The notes: generated by a model not told the origin, from the sequence alone. Shown: positions 1 to 14,270, counted from the stretch's first letter. The stretch is 64,000 nucleotides of DNA from Eledone cirrhosa (GCA_964016885.1 OZ024761.1:21948001-22012000); one strand, 5' to 3'. Made by a program: numbers and translations.

Positions 1-23
1 ATGGGTTGATATATTAAATTATA

Positions 24-170
24 TGGCGGTGAAATGGCAGAGATGTTAGAACATCAGATAGAATACTTTGTGGTAATTATTTCAGTTTTCTTCTTCCACT
101 GAGGTCAACTTTGTATTTCATTCTTTCGAGGTCAATTAAAAAGAACCAGTCTAGTACTGGTATCGATTCT
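24..170 (+). mobile_element. tRNA-derived SINE family 1 (Meta/MESC-like central domain), decayed
   Basis: ggcggtgaaatggcaga head, then gaggtcaactttg..tttcattctttcgaggtcaa. Other copies near 9890-10060(-), 20310-20450(-), 21830-22090 (+/- pair), 28705-28810(-), 29880-30050(-), 33230-33340(+), 38000-38090(-), 45360-45530(+), 47780-47910(-) and 61863-61990(+). Confidence 0.7.
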
Positions 171-415
171 TTCTTATTTCTTTATATATATGTATCTATG
201 TGTGTATGAACAATGTATCATTTCTATAAATACCCAGGTAGCTAACAGGTAGCAAAGAAAATGATAGGGTAGTCTGCTGGAATGAATTACCTGACCACAA
301 CACCAATATAACTTGTTAACTTATCTACAGTAGGGTGTTGGGTGTACAAGTTGCATGTATTTCCTCATTTCAATGAGAAAATATCTGCTCTTGAAATTCC
401 ATAGTCCTGGTGTGT

Positions 416-501
<86 letters not shown>

Positions 502-514
502 ATGAAAGTTTGTG

Positions 515-735
515 GCTGTTTATATATAGGGTTGTTCAGTTTCTGATCACGAGGTACTGAGTTTGATTCCCAGCAGCACATTGTGTTCTTGAGCAAGACA
601 CTTTATTTTACGGTGCTTCAGTCCCATTCAGCTGGCCAAAATGAGTTGTACCTGGAATTCAAAGAGACGACCTTGTCATATATATGCTCTACTGAATCTC
701 CCTGAGAAATATGTTAAGAGTGTATATGACTGGAA
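515..735 (+). mobile_element. tRNA-derived SINE family 2
   Basis: gagtttgattccc...ttgtgttcttgagcaagacactttattt...ctgaatctccctgagaa. Other copies near 1735-1980(-), 4700-4780(-), 8115-8240(+), 18140-18265(-), 26200-26490(-) and 39395-39505(+). Confidence 0.7.
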
Positions 736-1192
736 TGTGTTTTTAGATTAATATAAACATTTTAACCCTTCCATTGCCTTATTTCTAATGTAAAATATTG
801 CCTAGGGTTTTCAAATAATTTAAAAAATAAAGATTTGGAGGATTTTTGTAATATAATTAACTTTATAAATCAGTTTTGTATGGCAGGACCAGCTGCAGTT
901 TCAGGTAGTTTGGTGTCGGAAGGCTTTTAAAGTGTCTCTAATTTACAGTAGCTGGATTTCGGTTGTGGGAACCACCTTAGCCAGGTAACCTAATTAATGT
1001 CTAATGCAATCTGTTAGACAGGTAGAAATTGACCTAGACAAGTAATAGTATGACATACACGTGTGTCATTCTGTGTGTGTGTATGTATATACAGACATAC
1101 ATATATATACGCACACAGACATATATATATTTATTAAAATCTGATATATATTTATCCTTATTGAGCCCTCTTTGGATTTTAGTCTTCAAATT

Positions 1193-1223
<31 letters not shown>

Positions 1224-1390
1224 ACTGTAAATGTGGTTGGTGTTAGGAAGGGCATCCAGCTGTAGAAAACCTGCCAGACAGTCCTATGCGAGCAAGACAA
1301 CCACTCTTGCCTCAAGTGGGAAAATTCCCGTCCAAACCCATGCAAGCGTGGAAGATGGATGTTAAACAATGATGATGTTAAACAATGATG

Positions 1391-1470
<80 letters not shown>

Positions 1471-2412
1471 AGTCTCGAGCCAGCCCTATATTATTAAGTC
1501 AGTGTCAGTGAGGACTGTGTCAGTCATTATTTCTGTGAAGGAGGAGGGTGGCACCTATGTGGCTGTCGGATTTCCTAGACATAGCAGTCAAAAATCTCTT
1601 CCAACTAAATCTATTATCTTAACCATTTTCATACCAAACCACCAGACACCTTTTTAGTGTGACCCATGTAAACCACTCCCTGTCTTGCCTTCTTCCTCTC
1701 TATCTCTCCCGCCTCTCTATAATCTGGCGAAATTAACCAGCAAGTGTCTGAGCTTTCTACAAACATATGTAGCTTTACTGTAGTTCTCAGGGAGATTTGT
1801 GACACAGTGCTTGGTGACATGGTGACATGACAGGTCCTTTGAATTACACCTTGTATTATAGTGTAAGTGTCTGAGCATTTTATAAACATATGTACCTTTA
1901 AAGTAGTCCTCAGGGAGATTCAGTGTGATCAGACTGGCCATTTGAATTTACAGGTACAGTCCATTTTTGCTAGCTTGAATTGTTCACACTAGACACCCCC
2001 CACACCCCCACACACCATGTACATACAGTTCACACTAGACACCACACACACACTGTACTTACAGTACACACTCTTGTTCACCAGACACACACACTGAACA
2101 TACCAGTACACATTACTTCCTGTATGAGGGAGGTGGTGGTGAAGGTGATATTTTAATGTCTCCTTCACAAGACAGCAGAAGAACCGAGTGACCTTTTTTC
2201 AATTGTCTACAGACTACATATGTTATCTCCATTACCTACCCACCTAGTCTTATGTCCCCCTCTGCTGCTCAACGAAGGTCCTTTACACTGCCTCTGCTTT
2301 TCAGATCATTTTGGGGGAATTCTGTAATAAAGCCAACTTTCTCTTGATTAAGTTCATGGTTGAAACATAACATGAAATTATAATGGAAAGTTTTTAGATA
2401 AATATAAACATT

Positions 2413-3512
2413 TTAACCCTTTCATTTCCATATTTCTAATGAAAGACACTGTCTATGTCATTAACCCTTTCATTACCATATTTCTAATGAAAGACACTGT
2501 CTATGTCATTAACCCTTTCATTACCATATTTCTAATGAAAGACACTGTCTATGTCATTAACCCTTTCATTACCATATTTCTAATGAAAGACACTGTCTGT
2601 CATTAACCCTTTCATTACCATATCTCTAATGAAAGACACTGTCTATGTCATTAACCCTTTCATTAGCATATTTCTAATGAAAGACACTGTCTATGTCATT
2701 AACCCTTTCATTACCATATTTCTAATGAAAGACACTGTTTATGCCATTAACCCTTTCACTACCATATCTCTAATGAAAGACACTGTCTATGTCATTAACC
2801 CTTTCATTACCATATTTCTAATGAAAGACACTACCTATGTCATTAACCCTTTCATTATAATATTTCTAATGAAAGACACTGTTTATGTCATTAACCCTTT
2901 CATTACCATATCTCTAATGAAAGACACTGCCTATGTCATTAACCCTTTCATTACCATATTTCTAATGAAAGACACTGTCTATGTCATTAACCCTTTCATT
3001 ACCATATTTCTAATGAAAGACACTGTTTATGCCATTAACCCTTTCATTACCATATCTCTAATGAAAGACACTGTCTATGTCATTAACCCTTTCATTACCA
3101 TATTTCTAATGAAAGACACTGTCTATGTCATTAACCCTTTCATTACCATATTTCTAATGAAAGACACTGTCTATGTCATTAACCCTTTCATTATAATATT
3201 TCTAATGAAAGACACTGTTTATGTCATTAACCCTTTCATTACCATATCTCTAATGAAAGACACTGCCTATGTCATTAACCCTTTCATTACCATATTTCTA
3301 ATGAAAGACACAGTCTATGTCATTAACCCTTTCATTATAATATTTCTAATGAAAGACACTGTCTATGTCATTAACCCTTTCATTACCATATCTCTAATGA
3401 AAGACACTGCCTATGTCATTAACCCTTTCATTACCATATTTCTAATGAAAGACACTACCTATGTCATTAACCCTACGATTACCATATTTCTCATGCAACA
3501 TATTACCTATGG
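2413..3512 (+). repeat. 48-bp minisatellite (~23 units) built from a TTAA-CCCTTT MITE terminus
   Basis: Unit attaaccctttcattaccatatttctaatgaaagacactgtctatgtc; single-copy relatives at ~762-810, 11300-11335 and 41365-41405(-). Confidence 0.92.
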
Positions 3513-3689
3513 TGTTCAAATTTTGAAAGTAATCAGTTGTCTTAACTTGAACCCAAATATATCTCCACCAAACCAAAACCATTGCTATCCATGAACGCAA
3601 GCAAACACTGCAGCATATATCTACTCGACCCCCATCTATACGATACATACTATACTATATACCTACCTACTCATCATTTTACATTCAAT

Positions 3690-4210
3690 ATTCTACGCTT
3701 GCATGGGTTGGACGGGTTTTTCTCAGTATAGCGTCTCTCCACACATCGCATTCCTTTGTCATCTCATCTATGAGCTTCACTGATTTGAAATCAGCTTTCA
3801 CCATCTCTGCCCTGTTCTGTTCTTCTTTGGTCTTCCTCTACCAAGACTTCCTTCCACTGGGGTTTCTTGGCACTTCAACTTCACCCAGTAATCACCATCC
3901 ATGTCTATACCATCACAGTCATCTCTCTTGCACCACATCTGGTTCCACTTAGACACAGTTTCTCAGTTCCCATGGGTTCCCGTACTCACTTTGCACACAG
4001 GTGACATACAGCTGACTTTTTGCTCATAAGGAGAAACCCTTTGTTATCAACTAAGGTAGTAGCTCCTTGAACTTCTTCTATCTTATTCTTGTTGTTATAC
4101 TCTCCATGCACCTTCCTCCACTGCTAATTAGATCATGAGATAACAGAAGCTATCAATCACATCTATTGATCCTTCCCCTCAATATTTATTACATACAAAG
4201 TCTTCCTTTC
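3690..4210 (-). mobile_element. Decayed RTE LINE fragment
   Basis: Degraded similarity to 59700-60265 (catccatgtctataccatcacagtcatctctcttgcaccac; gagaaaccctttg...agctccttgaacttcttc). Confidence 0.6.
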
Positions 4211-4489
4211 TTGTTAGTCTGCCTGCTACCCTACTACACCTTGTGTACCCAAGATTTGTATTGTTTACGTCTGTTGACTAATTGAATGTATAACAGTAGG
4301 GCAACATGGCGAGAAAGTATTTTATGTAAGTGAACAACTAATTCTCAATAGTTTTTCTCACTCCATATACAAATTTATTAACTAAATACTTTTGCAAATT
4401 AATAAGTCCTTCAAGAGAAACCTGTTTCTTCAAAGCATAAATCCCAATTTCTGACAATGCTTTGAGAAATTTATTTTTATAATTTATTT

Positions 4490-4690
4490 GTTATTGTCAT
4501 TATTAGTGGTCTTATTTTTATTGCACATTATCACTGTGTACTTTGGTACCTTGGGTATATACAGTGTTGTTTTTAGTTGCTGTTTTCAGTGCTGTTATTT
4601 CTATTGTATTGATAGTACTCTTCGTAATATGTATGCAGTACCTAGTAGTGCTATCTTCTGTATGTTGTATATATTTCTAAGTCCTGGTAG
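4490..4690 (-). mobile_element. 3' end of an RLE-type (R4/Dong-like) non-LTR retrotransposon
   Basis: 4690-4601 on - reads LPGLRNIYNIQKIALLGTAYILRRVLSIQ*, like the QKxxLLGTAxILRxVL terminus of R4/Dong elements, followed by a short UTR and a TAA-like tail. Confidence 0.7.
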
Positions 4691-6150
4691 TTATGTATCT
4701 AACTGAAGCATCTTGTTTAAGAACACAGTGCACTGCCTGGTACAGGAATCAAACCCACCCTAACCACTAGGCTGCACACTTTATAACATTCTCTTTACAT
4801 GTTTCCCATGCTGGCATAGACTGAATTAGTTGTTTTGGTTTAGACAGGTTACAGTGACCTCATCTTGCTCATACAGTCCATATTAGGCATGCTTTCTGCA
4901 GCTTCATGATCTTCCTAACCAACCACCTCACAGGTACTGTGGCTGCAGTTTTGTGGTACCATCACTACCACTTAAGAGAGTGGACTGGGAGCGTTTTATC
5001 GTGGCATTAGCACTACCCACTTTATAGAGTAAACTGGGTACGTTTTATCGTGACACTAGCACTACCACTTTACAAAGTGGACTGGGTACATTCTATCATA
5101 GAATCTGCTCTACCCCTAACTAACTGGGTACATTATGTGTCACCAATGGCTTAAATTATGTTCAACCCTGTAACTAGTTTCAATACATGGCCTCAGATGA
5201 AGCCAGTTGACAAACATGTACAACAACTCTTAAATGCTGTCAGTTGCTTTTATTTTTCTAATAAATTTCATAACAGTTTGTGATGTCTTGACTGAAATAG
5301 TTCCCTTGTTTTCAATGTTATTGTTTATGATTGTATTGATTCATTTATTGGAAAACAATATTGAATTTTGAAAAATTATGTCATTTTAAATTAAAATGAT
5401 TTCATTTATGCAATAAGTAAGGTTATGGAAGAGTGACTTTAACTGTTAAAACTTTTGTTACTAGATCGACTAACCACCTTTCCTATGATATAGAGTTCTT
5501 TATTTGAAACTGCTTATATTTATCTAAAGACCTTTCAAAGTATTGGCCACTCTGATGAGTTTATAGCAGTGGAGACTTCTGGTGTTCTTGGTACCTGGAA
5601 CACATCCCTATTCACTGATACCGCAACGGAGTTGACTACCTGCAAATACGAGCCCCACTAAGTGGAGTAGTTGTTCTAGTGTGTCTCCCTTGCCATCCTC
5701 TAAGGCAATGTCTTCTCCCATCCTGTCGACTCGGACCATGAGGTGGACTGACCCTTGAGTTCCATTTATGGTGGTGGTGGCTTGTGAAATAGGTTTACTT
5801 TAATTTTATTCTATTCTATTGACTCTCATTAATTCATCTTTATTAAAAGAAAATAAACATGTAAACTGCTATGTTGACACTATATATACTTCCTGATGTT
5901 GTCTGTAAGTTGCATCTTTTTACATGAAAATATGACATGGAAAAGCTAACATGTGGTTTATCTACTGGAGTTACAAAATCTCAGTTCACAATATACGGTA
6001 CATTGTAAATGTCTACATGTCTATATATGGTATACCGATACCTGTTTAATGCAATATATAAAATCTATGAGAACATACTTTAACTGTGAACACTTTGAAG
6101 TTGTTATGGAATAAAATATTACCTTATTTCATTGTTGGTATAGTCTAATT

Positions 6151-6655
6151 ATGTGGTACATCTGTTGTTATGGTATATGTGGTACATCTGTTGTTGGTAT
6201 GGTATATGTGGTACATCTGTTGTTATGATATATGTGGTACATCTGTTGTTGGTATGGTATATGTGGTACATCTGTTGTTATGATATATGTGGTACATCTG
6301 TTGTTGGTATGGTATATGTGGTACATCTGTTGTTGGTATGGTATATGTGGTACATCTGTTGTTGGTATGGTATATGTGGTACATCTGTTGGTATGGTATA
6401 TGTGGTACATCTGTTGTTGGTATGGTATGTGTGGTACATCTGTTGTTGGTATGGTATATGTGGTACATCTGTTGTTGGTATGGTATGTGTGGTACATCTG
6501 TTGTTGGTATGGTATGTGTGGTACATCTGTTGTTGGTATGGTATGTGTGGTACATCTGTTGGTATGGTATATGTGGTACATCTGTTGTTGGTATGGTATG
6601 TGTGGTACATCTGTTGTTGGTATGGTATGTGTGGTACATCTGTTGTTGGTATGGT
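6151..6655 (+). repeat. ~29-bp UG-rich minisatellite just upstream of the MED13 acceptor at 6690
   Basis: Unit atgtggtacatctgttgttggtatggtat with shorter variants. Confidence 0.92.
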
Positions 6656-6690
6656 TCAATTATCTGATATATTTACTCTTCTATTTCCAG

Positions 6691-6940
6691 ACTGATCTAT
6701 GTGGCATAAAATGGCGTAAGTTGAATGCAGACAACGTGAGTGTGGACCCACTGGATGATCCAGTGTTGGATTCCTACTCCAGATGTATCCAGTCTGACAT
6801 CTTGTGTGTCTGGAGACGGGTACTACGCAATTCGGAGCAAAGGCTACCAGACCAGTTAGCATACGGCAAGGAATTATGGATATTTTGGTACGGAGACAAA
6901 CCCCTTAGTTTGGACACATTGCTATCCCCTAATCTGAAAG
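6691..6940 (+). CDS. MED13: MED13/MED13L (Mediator complex subunit 13) internal coding exon, N-terminal domain, probably exon 2
   Basis: Acceptor ctatttccag|ACT and donor GAAAG|gtaact; 250 nt, starts phase 0 and ends phase 1. Translation TDLCGIKWRKLNADNVSVDPLDDPVLDSYSRCIQSDILCVWRRV...KELWIFWYGDKP matches the MED13 N-terminal pattern DLxGIKW...DPxLxSFSRC...VWRR...ELWIFWxG. Confidence 0.95.
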
Positions 6941-8394
6941 GTAACTCCAGTTTCTTTATCATCTTTTCCACATGTTTGCTTCATATTTTTCTTGCCCGTC
7001 GTACATTTATATATCTATATATAGGTAGGATGTTTGTCTTTCTTAGCTGGACAACAAAATGGATTTTATACAGTTTCTACTTGATGACCTTTTAGTTTTC
7101 TCGACCATCACATATACTTCATCTCTAGTTCCATATCTCTATAGTTGCATTTCTCTTACTTTGATTGCAGTTAATGCAGGTGTAAACTGCATTCACCATT
7201 ATTGTGTTAATATAAATCCAAGGTGAAAGTAGTACCGACACAAGAGTCAAAAGATAACTGCTGTTTGGTATCTGGCGGGGGTCATTGCTGAGTATTATTA
7301 CCAAGAATCTTTCTTTGTATTTACTTATATATATCTTGTATTTAGTTGTATATATTGCTTTTCTTAGGTCTTCTTCTTTGATCACTTATTCCTGGGAGGG
7401 TTGTGGGGCAGAGTCCTCAAATATGCCTTCCAGTGGGTCCTGTCAGAAGCACCCATACCCAGTTGATCCGGCTGGATTCCCAAGCAAGACTAGCTGAGCT
7501 CATGGCTTTTTTTTAGGTGTACAACAAATTGTATTTCATAGAGTTTGAACTCCTACTTGAGGGTTCCTTATGATTAAAATAGCCAAGTAATCTCCTCTGA
7601 TACACCCTTAAGGGAGGCCAGCTAAAGCTATGTAAGTGTGAGCTGTAACGACAACAACATAATAGGACTGGAGTCCCTATCATAAAAAAACAGCCAAGAA
7701 AGTGCCTATGATGCAACCTCTGTAGGACGTCAGCTAAACCTACATAAGTTTGAGCTGTAACAATAACATGACTGGGGCCCCCTTCATTAAAACACAAAAG
7801 AAACCTCTGTAGGAGGCTGGCTAAACCTGCGCAGGTGTGAGTCGAATGAATAAGTTTAGAGTAGAGATATGCTTCACAATGTAATTTGTTACCATGCTGT
7901 TGCACAGTCTCTGTGGTGTTTCAATGCAGAAGACACCGATTCATTGTGCAATCAATGTCTGTTGCACTTAATTTGATGTCTGATGATTTAATGGTGAGTG
8001 CAGCTGTTGCAAGTGAGTTGCATTTTGTTTAAGGCAAGCTTAGTTTTAAATTTCTGCTCATTATATAGTTTGTGCCCTGTAATGTGTATTTTATATGCTA
8101 TATAACTTGTCTGGTTGTGAAGGCACATGGCTTAGTGGTTAGTGTATTAGACTCGTGTGTCTGATTTCTGGAGTGGACAGTAGGTCTATTTAACGTTGTC
8201 TCTGTCCACTCAGCTGGAAAACAGGAGTTGCAGTGACACTGGTACCAAACTCTATCAACCATTTCCTTTACTGCCAATTCATTTCCCTTGGTTAACAATA
8301 AACATTATAAGTAGGGGAAGGTATGTAGCCTAGTGGTTAGGCTGGGGGTTCATTTCCTCATCTGGAGGGGCATGTTCTTCCTTTCACATTGCCT

Positions 8395-8596
8395 TTTAAG
8401 CCAGACATATCCGGCCAGAATCCTCTCACCTCTTTCTGTTCAAACTGGCTGTAACTGGGCACTCATACTGATGTTAAGGTATTGTTCTCAACATAAATAA
8501 TATCAAAATCTCGTAGATTTTATATTATGTGAGGTAAAGCCTTTACCATGAAAATACAATAGTATATATAGAGTAATGTAAATGGTAAAGGGTTAA
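8395..8596 (-). mobile_element. Unexpanded copy of the same MITE, inverted orientation
   Basis: Reverse complement of the MITE body, ending ...taaatggtaaaggg|ttaa. Confidence 0.7.
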
Positions 8597-9135
8597 GATA
8601 GGACTGGGACCCCTATTTTTAAAACACCCAAGAAACCTATTATGATATACAGCCTTGTAGGAGGACAATTAAAACTACATAGGTGTCAGCTGTAAATTAA
8701 ATTTTTCATTATAAGTACGCCTTAAAGTAGAATATCAACAAAGTCAAACTAGCTTTCATGACTTCTCTTGTTTGACAAGGTGGTGGTGATGGCGGTAACA
8801 ATGGAGGTATTGTTTACTGGTTTGTAGATCAAAGACAATGGTAGACAAGAGTTAAATCAGCAGTAGTAACAACAACACAGCAGTAACAACAATACAGCAG
8901 TAGCCACAGTATATTTGCTGATTGCTCACGTTTTAGGTTAAACTGACATAATTCTATCAGATTTTGAATTTTGAATACTTGACAATCAACATTGTCATCT
9001 TAGATTGCATGGACTAGTTAACCCTTACCTCACCTTATTCCTAAAATAACGATATGGTTTCATTATTAAAGTTATCAACAATTATGACACGTTTTAGTGA
9101 CATAAACTTTTGACTTAATCGTTTCTAATTTAGAC

Positions 9136-9892
9136 TTAACTCTTTACCATTTACATTACTCTATATATACTATTGTATTATTTCACATAACATTTACATT
9201 ACTCTATATATACTATTGTATTGTCACAGTAAAGGCTTTACCTCACATAATATCTCACATAACATTTACATTACTCTATATATACTATTGTATTTTCACA
9301 GTAAAGGCTTTACCTCACATAATATCTCACATAACATTTACATTACTCTATATATACTATTGTATTTTCACAGTAAAGGCTTTACCTCACATAATATCTC
9401 ACATAACATTTACATTGCTCTATATATACTATTGTATTTTCACAGTAAAGGCTTTACCTCACATAATATCTCACATAACATTTACATTACTCTATATATA
9501 CTATTGTATTTTCACAGTAAAGGCTTTACCTCACATAATATCTCACATAACATTTACATTACTCTATATATACTATTGTATTTTCACAGTAAAGGCTTTA
9601 CCTCACATAATATCTCACATAACATTTACATTACTCTATATATACTATTGTATTTTCACAGTAAAGGCTTTACCTCACATAATATCTCACATAACATTTA
9701 CATTACTCTATATTTACTATTGTATTTTCACAGTAAAGGCTTTACCTCATATAATATCGAATCTATGAGATTTTGATATTATTTATTTTGAGAACACTAC
9801 CTTAACATCAGTATGAGGGACTTTTTACGGTCAGTTTGAACAGGTGAGAGAATTCTGGCCAGATTCGGCCGGTTTAAATGCTAAAGGGTTAA
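9136..9892 (+). mobile_element. piggyBac-like MITE (TTAA-flanked) with an internal 72-bp unit amplified ~8 times
   Basis: ttaa|ctctttaccattta ... taaatgctaaaggg|ttaa; aaaggcttta recurs every 72 bp from 9231 to 9735. Confidence 0.75.
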
Positions 9893-10439
9893 GGTCAGCA
9901 ATTTGAGGTGAAGGGAATACTGAGGATATCGGCCACAGTACTTGACTAGTATTATATTTGTTGACCTCGGAAGGATGAAAGGCAAAGTTGAACTCGAAAT
10001 GTAAAGAGCTGGAAAAAATACTGCTACGCATTTGTCTACCGCTCTAATGATTCTGCTAATTTATAACTTGAAATTAAATGATAAATATTACACGACTGCA
10101 ATCTAATGCTATCTGTCATATAACAATGAGATTTCAGTCCAAGGTTTAAATTTGAATTTGAACCATTAAATAGAAGTGGTTTCAGGCAGTTTGATGATTA
10201 AAGGGTTAAACAGTAGTGCACCTGAGTACTGTACACAATAATTGTCATTATTATTTTATAATCTTGAGAGTTATTACAGCAATAACAACAACAGCATCTT
10301 TATTTGTCTTTAATCCATCTGTCACCATAAAATAATCAAGTTGCCATGGGTTCTGTAAGATGCAGGAGGGGTGTCATGGGTCAGATGAGGCAAACCTTGC
10401 TCGTTACCTTCCATATTTGGCAGAGTTTCTATTGCTGAA

Positions 10440-10815
10440 TGTCCTAACACTGACCTTTTTACAGGGTGTACTAGGTGCATTTTATCGTGGCACCAGCACT
10501 ACAACTTTCCAGAGTGTACTGGGTGCATTTTGTCATGACCTAACTAACACTGACCTTGTTACAGGGTGTACCAGGTGCATTTTATCGTGGCACCAGCACT
10601 ACAACTTTCCAGAGTGTACTGGGTGCATTTTGTCATGTCCTAACTAACACTGACCTTGTTACAGGGTGTACCAGGGGCATTTTATCGTGGCACCAGCACT
10701 ACAACTTTCCAGAGTGTACTGGGTGCATTTTGTCCTGACCTTGTTACAGGGTGTATCAGGTGCATTTTGTGGCACCACTACTACAACTTTCCAGAGTGTA
10801 CTGGGTGCATTATGT
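10440..10815 (+). repeat. Tandem repeat of a ~110-bp SINE-3-derived unit (~3.5 copies)
   Basis: acagggtgtac..ggtgcattttatcgtggcaccagcactacaactttccagagtgtactgggtgcatt repeated. Confidence 0.85.
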
Positions 10816-12624
10816 TGTGATCCCAGCACCAAAGAGGTTGTCCAGACTGAGAAGGGGTCTTCTCAAACTTGATATTGTCTGTGTGTCTTCATTATGGTAT
10901 ATTACCAGTCAGCTCAGTTTTGGCACACACATAATCATCATCATTGTCTGCATGGTTGTATGTGTGGCTACAGACTTTAGCAGTACTCTCAGTTACCCTC
11001 TTATTGGACTTAGCAGTACTCTCAGTTACCCTCTTATTGGACTGTGCTGAATCCATGTCTCACATTCCAGTTACTCATTATTAAATTGATGTTTGGAACA
11101 TAACATAACAAAGGTTCTTACATGAAATTATGGCGAAACGTTTTTAGATAAATATAAACATTTTAAAACCAACAGTTTTGTATTGCAGAACCCGGGGCAC
11201 TTTGTGGTGATTTGGTGTCAAAATGATTAAGTTGGTGTTTGGAACATAACTTAACAAAGGTTCTTGCATAAAGCTATGTTGGAGGATTTTTAGATAAATT
11301 GTTACCATATTTCTAATGAAAGACACTGTCTATAATTACCATATCATTTCGAAAATGTAATATAACAACTGACTTTCTCATTATTAACCTTGTGTTTGGA
11401 ACATAACTTAATATAGGCTCTTACATAAAACTATGATAAATATAAACAACTTAAAATGATGAATGGCTTTTTATGATAGCAAATGAAGCAGTTTCGAGCT
11501 GTTTGTTTATCAAAAGAATCTCATGTTGTGTCATTCTTTCAAGATATAATTTCACATAGATGTTAAGAGAGGGAAATATCTAACAGATGAGAGAAACATA
11601 TCTAACAGATGAGAGAAACATTTAAAATTTTGATGTATTATTTCAACAGCTTTTTTCCACCTCACCATTTTTACCAGATGGTGGCATGTTTGAAATATTA
11701 ATTAATTTGATGAAATTATTCACACAATGATGAGATCCCAATAAAAATAGCAGAGAATTCTGACCCCTTTTTTTTTTCTTTCCATTTGAAGTTCAGGAAT
11801 GTTTGAGAAAACTTAATCCCTTTAATACGAACCTGACCCTGGTTCTACCCTACTAAAACAACCTATTTGAAAGTATTTCTCATCACCTTTTAATGTCTGT
11901 GTTCTATGTTTACAGTGGCTAGACAGGTCAGATGACTGTCATGCTCATACGTTCTGGGGCTTGGTTTCTACCCCTGAATGTCCTTCCTAATGCCAACCAC
12001 CTTACTGTGTGAACTGGGTGTATTTTATTGTGACTCTAGCACTATCACCTTACAAGGCGTGCTGGGTGTATTTTTATCGTTGTACCCAGCACTACCACCT
12101 TACTGTATGGGCTCTGGGCTTTTTTCATGACACCAGCACTACCACCTTACTTTGTTGACTATGTGCTTTTTTCATGACACCAGCACTACGACCTAACTGT
12201 GCGGACTCTGTGCTCCCCATGGCATACTGACTGCGGATGCAATTCATTAGCACCTCTAATACCTATATGTATAGTCCTCAGCGAAATGTGTATAACCTGA
12301 ACCAACAGAATATGGCCTCAGATCTTTTAATAATATATAATGTTCCAGCTTGCACCATTTCTACAGTTCGTTGAATGCTTCACAAACGACAGACCTTAAT
12401 GTGGTCCACACATCCATGTTCAGTTAACTCCATACTATAATATATATATATATATTATAGACTTGCAGCATAGCCACACATGCATGCAGGCCATAAATCC
12501 GAGCAGGACTCAATATGTGTGTAATAAGTGCGAGTATAAAGGTACAGAAAAATTGTGGTGGGGTGGGTGTTAGCTAAAAAGGAAAAGGACTCCGCTGTGA
12601 TTTCTCTCTCTTCCGCCCTCTCTA

Positions 12625-12720
12625 TTTCTTTTATCCTTTTACTGGATTCAGCCATTTCACTGCGACCATGCTGGGGCAATCACCTTAAAGAGGTTTAGTT
12701 GTTTATATTGATCTCTGTAC
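12625..12720 (+). mobile_element. Short interspersed repeat family 4 fragment
   Basis: cttttactgg..tcagccatttcactgcgaccatgctggggca..accttaaag; relatives near 28990-29115, 42290-43350 and 45780-45905(-). Confidence 0.55.
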
Positions 12721-12949
12721 TGCATTATATATATGTATGTATATTGCACACACTATTTAAAACAACGTATTTACATCTGGAATAATGAAATAGAATGTAT
12801 TTACATGTGGTGTGTAATCTAAGATATATATATATACATGTATGTATATATGTGTGTATATATAGGTCAAGTATTTGTAATCAGCCAGTTTACTTGAATT
12901 AGGAGGGGGAGGAGGAGGCTAGTCATTCATTGTGTGCTGAAGTATTGAC

Positions 12950-14270
12950 GCCTCTTTTCTCTCATCTCACCCCCTCCACATAGACACTCTTCTCTCTCAT
13001 CTCATCTACTCTCCTCTCATCTTATCTCTCTCATCTCTCATCTCATCTCTCCCCATCCTCTCTTTTCGTTTCCCCCATCTCCATATACACTCTTTCTCTT
13101 CATCAGTCTCTCTACAGCAATCTCTCCTCTCTCTTCTATCATTTCATCTCTTCTCTATCTCAACATCAGTCTCTCTCTCTCTCTCTCTCTCTCTACCAGT
13201 CTCCTCTCTCCCTCAACATCAGTCTCTCTCTCTCTCTCCAGTCTCCTCTCTCTCTCTCTACCAGTCTCCTCTCTCTCTCCATGCATCCTCTCTCTTCTAT
13301 CATCTCATCCCCCCTCTCTCTCTCCTATCATCTCATCTCTTCTCTCTCTACACACCAATCTCTCCTCTCCCTGAACATCAGTCTCCTTTCTCTCTCTCTC
13401 TCCTCTATCATCTCATCCATCCCCCCCTCTCTACATCAGTCTCTCCTCTATCATCTCATCCATCCCCCCTCTCTACATCAGTCTCTCTTCTATCATCTCA
13501 TCCATCCCCCCTCTCTACATCAGTCTCTCTTCTATCATCTCATCCATCCCCCCCTCTCTACATCAGTCTCTCCTCTATCATCTCATCCATCCCCCCTCTC
13601 TACATCAGTCTCTCTTCTATCATCTCATCCATCCCCCCTCTCTACATCAGTCTCTCCTCTATCATCTCATCCATCCCCCCTCTCTACATTAGTCTCTCCT
13701 CTGTCATCTCATCCATCCCCCCCTCTCTACATTAGTCTCTCCTCTATCATCTCATCCATCCCCCCCTCTCTACATCAGTCTCTCCTCTATCGTCTCACCC
13801 CCTCCTCTCTCTATTATCTTTTCAAACCAATTCCCCCTCTTCCTCTATCTGCCCCACCCCCTCTCAAATATGTCCTCCACCCAACCTATTCTACTCTTAC
13901 TCACACATTCAACCAGCTAGTCACATTAATATAATAAATATAACAGCAAATCTAAGCTATTTCTCTTGACATTCTCTCTCTCTCTCTCTCTACCTTCCAC
14001 ACAACTACCCCTCACTCCCTCCCTTACTCTCTCTCTCTCTCTCTCTCTCTCCTATCATATCCCGTCTGTACCAATGTTCTCTCATAGTTCTTCTATCTCT
14101 TACCCCCCTCCCTCCCTCTCTCTCTTTATTACCATTTTGTTACATATTCCTCTCACTCTATCTCAAACTTTACTCTCTCTCTCTCTCTCTCTCTCTCTCC
14201 TGTCTCTATATCTTTTATCCTCCTCCTCTCCCTCTCTGTTTCTATATCTCACTTTTATCCCCCCCTCTCT

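Noticed and set aside
2629-3594. 321-aa repetitive ORF, and similar ones at 42449, 43762, 55476 and 60759
   Set aside because: Stop-free readings of minisatellites with no domain, no splice support and often TE-derived units.
5188-5225. cagatgaagccagttgacaaacatgta as a decayed hammerhead
   Set aside because: Needs several core changes and has no stem I; too degenerate to call.
5546-5590. CTGATGA at ~5552 as a hammerhead
   Set aside because: No GAAA and no consistent stems II/III.
6232-7095. 287-aa ORF as a complete gene
   Set aside because: Only 6691-6940 is MED13-like and bounded by AG/GT; the rest is minisatellite and intron read-through.
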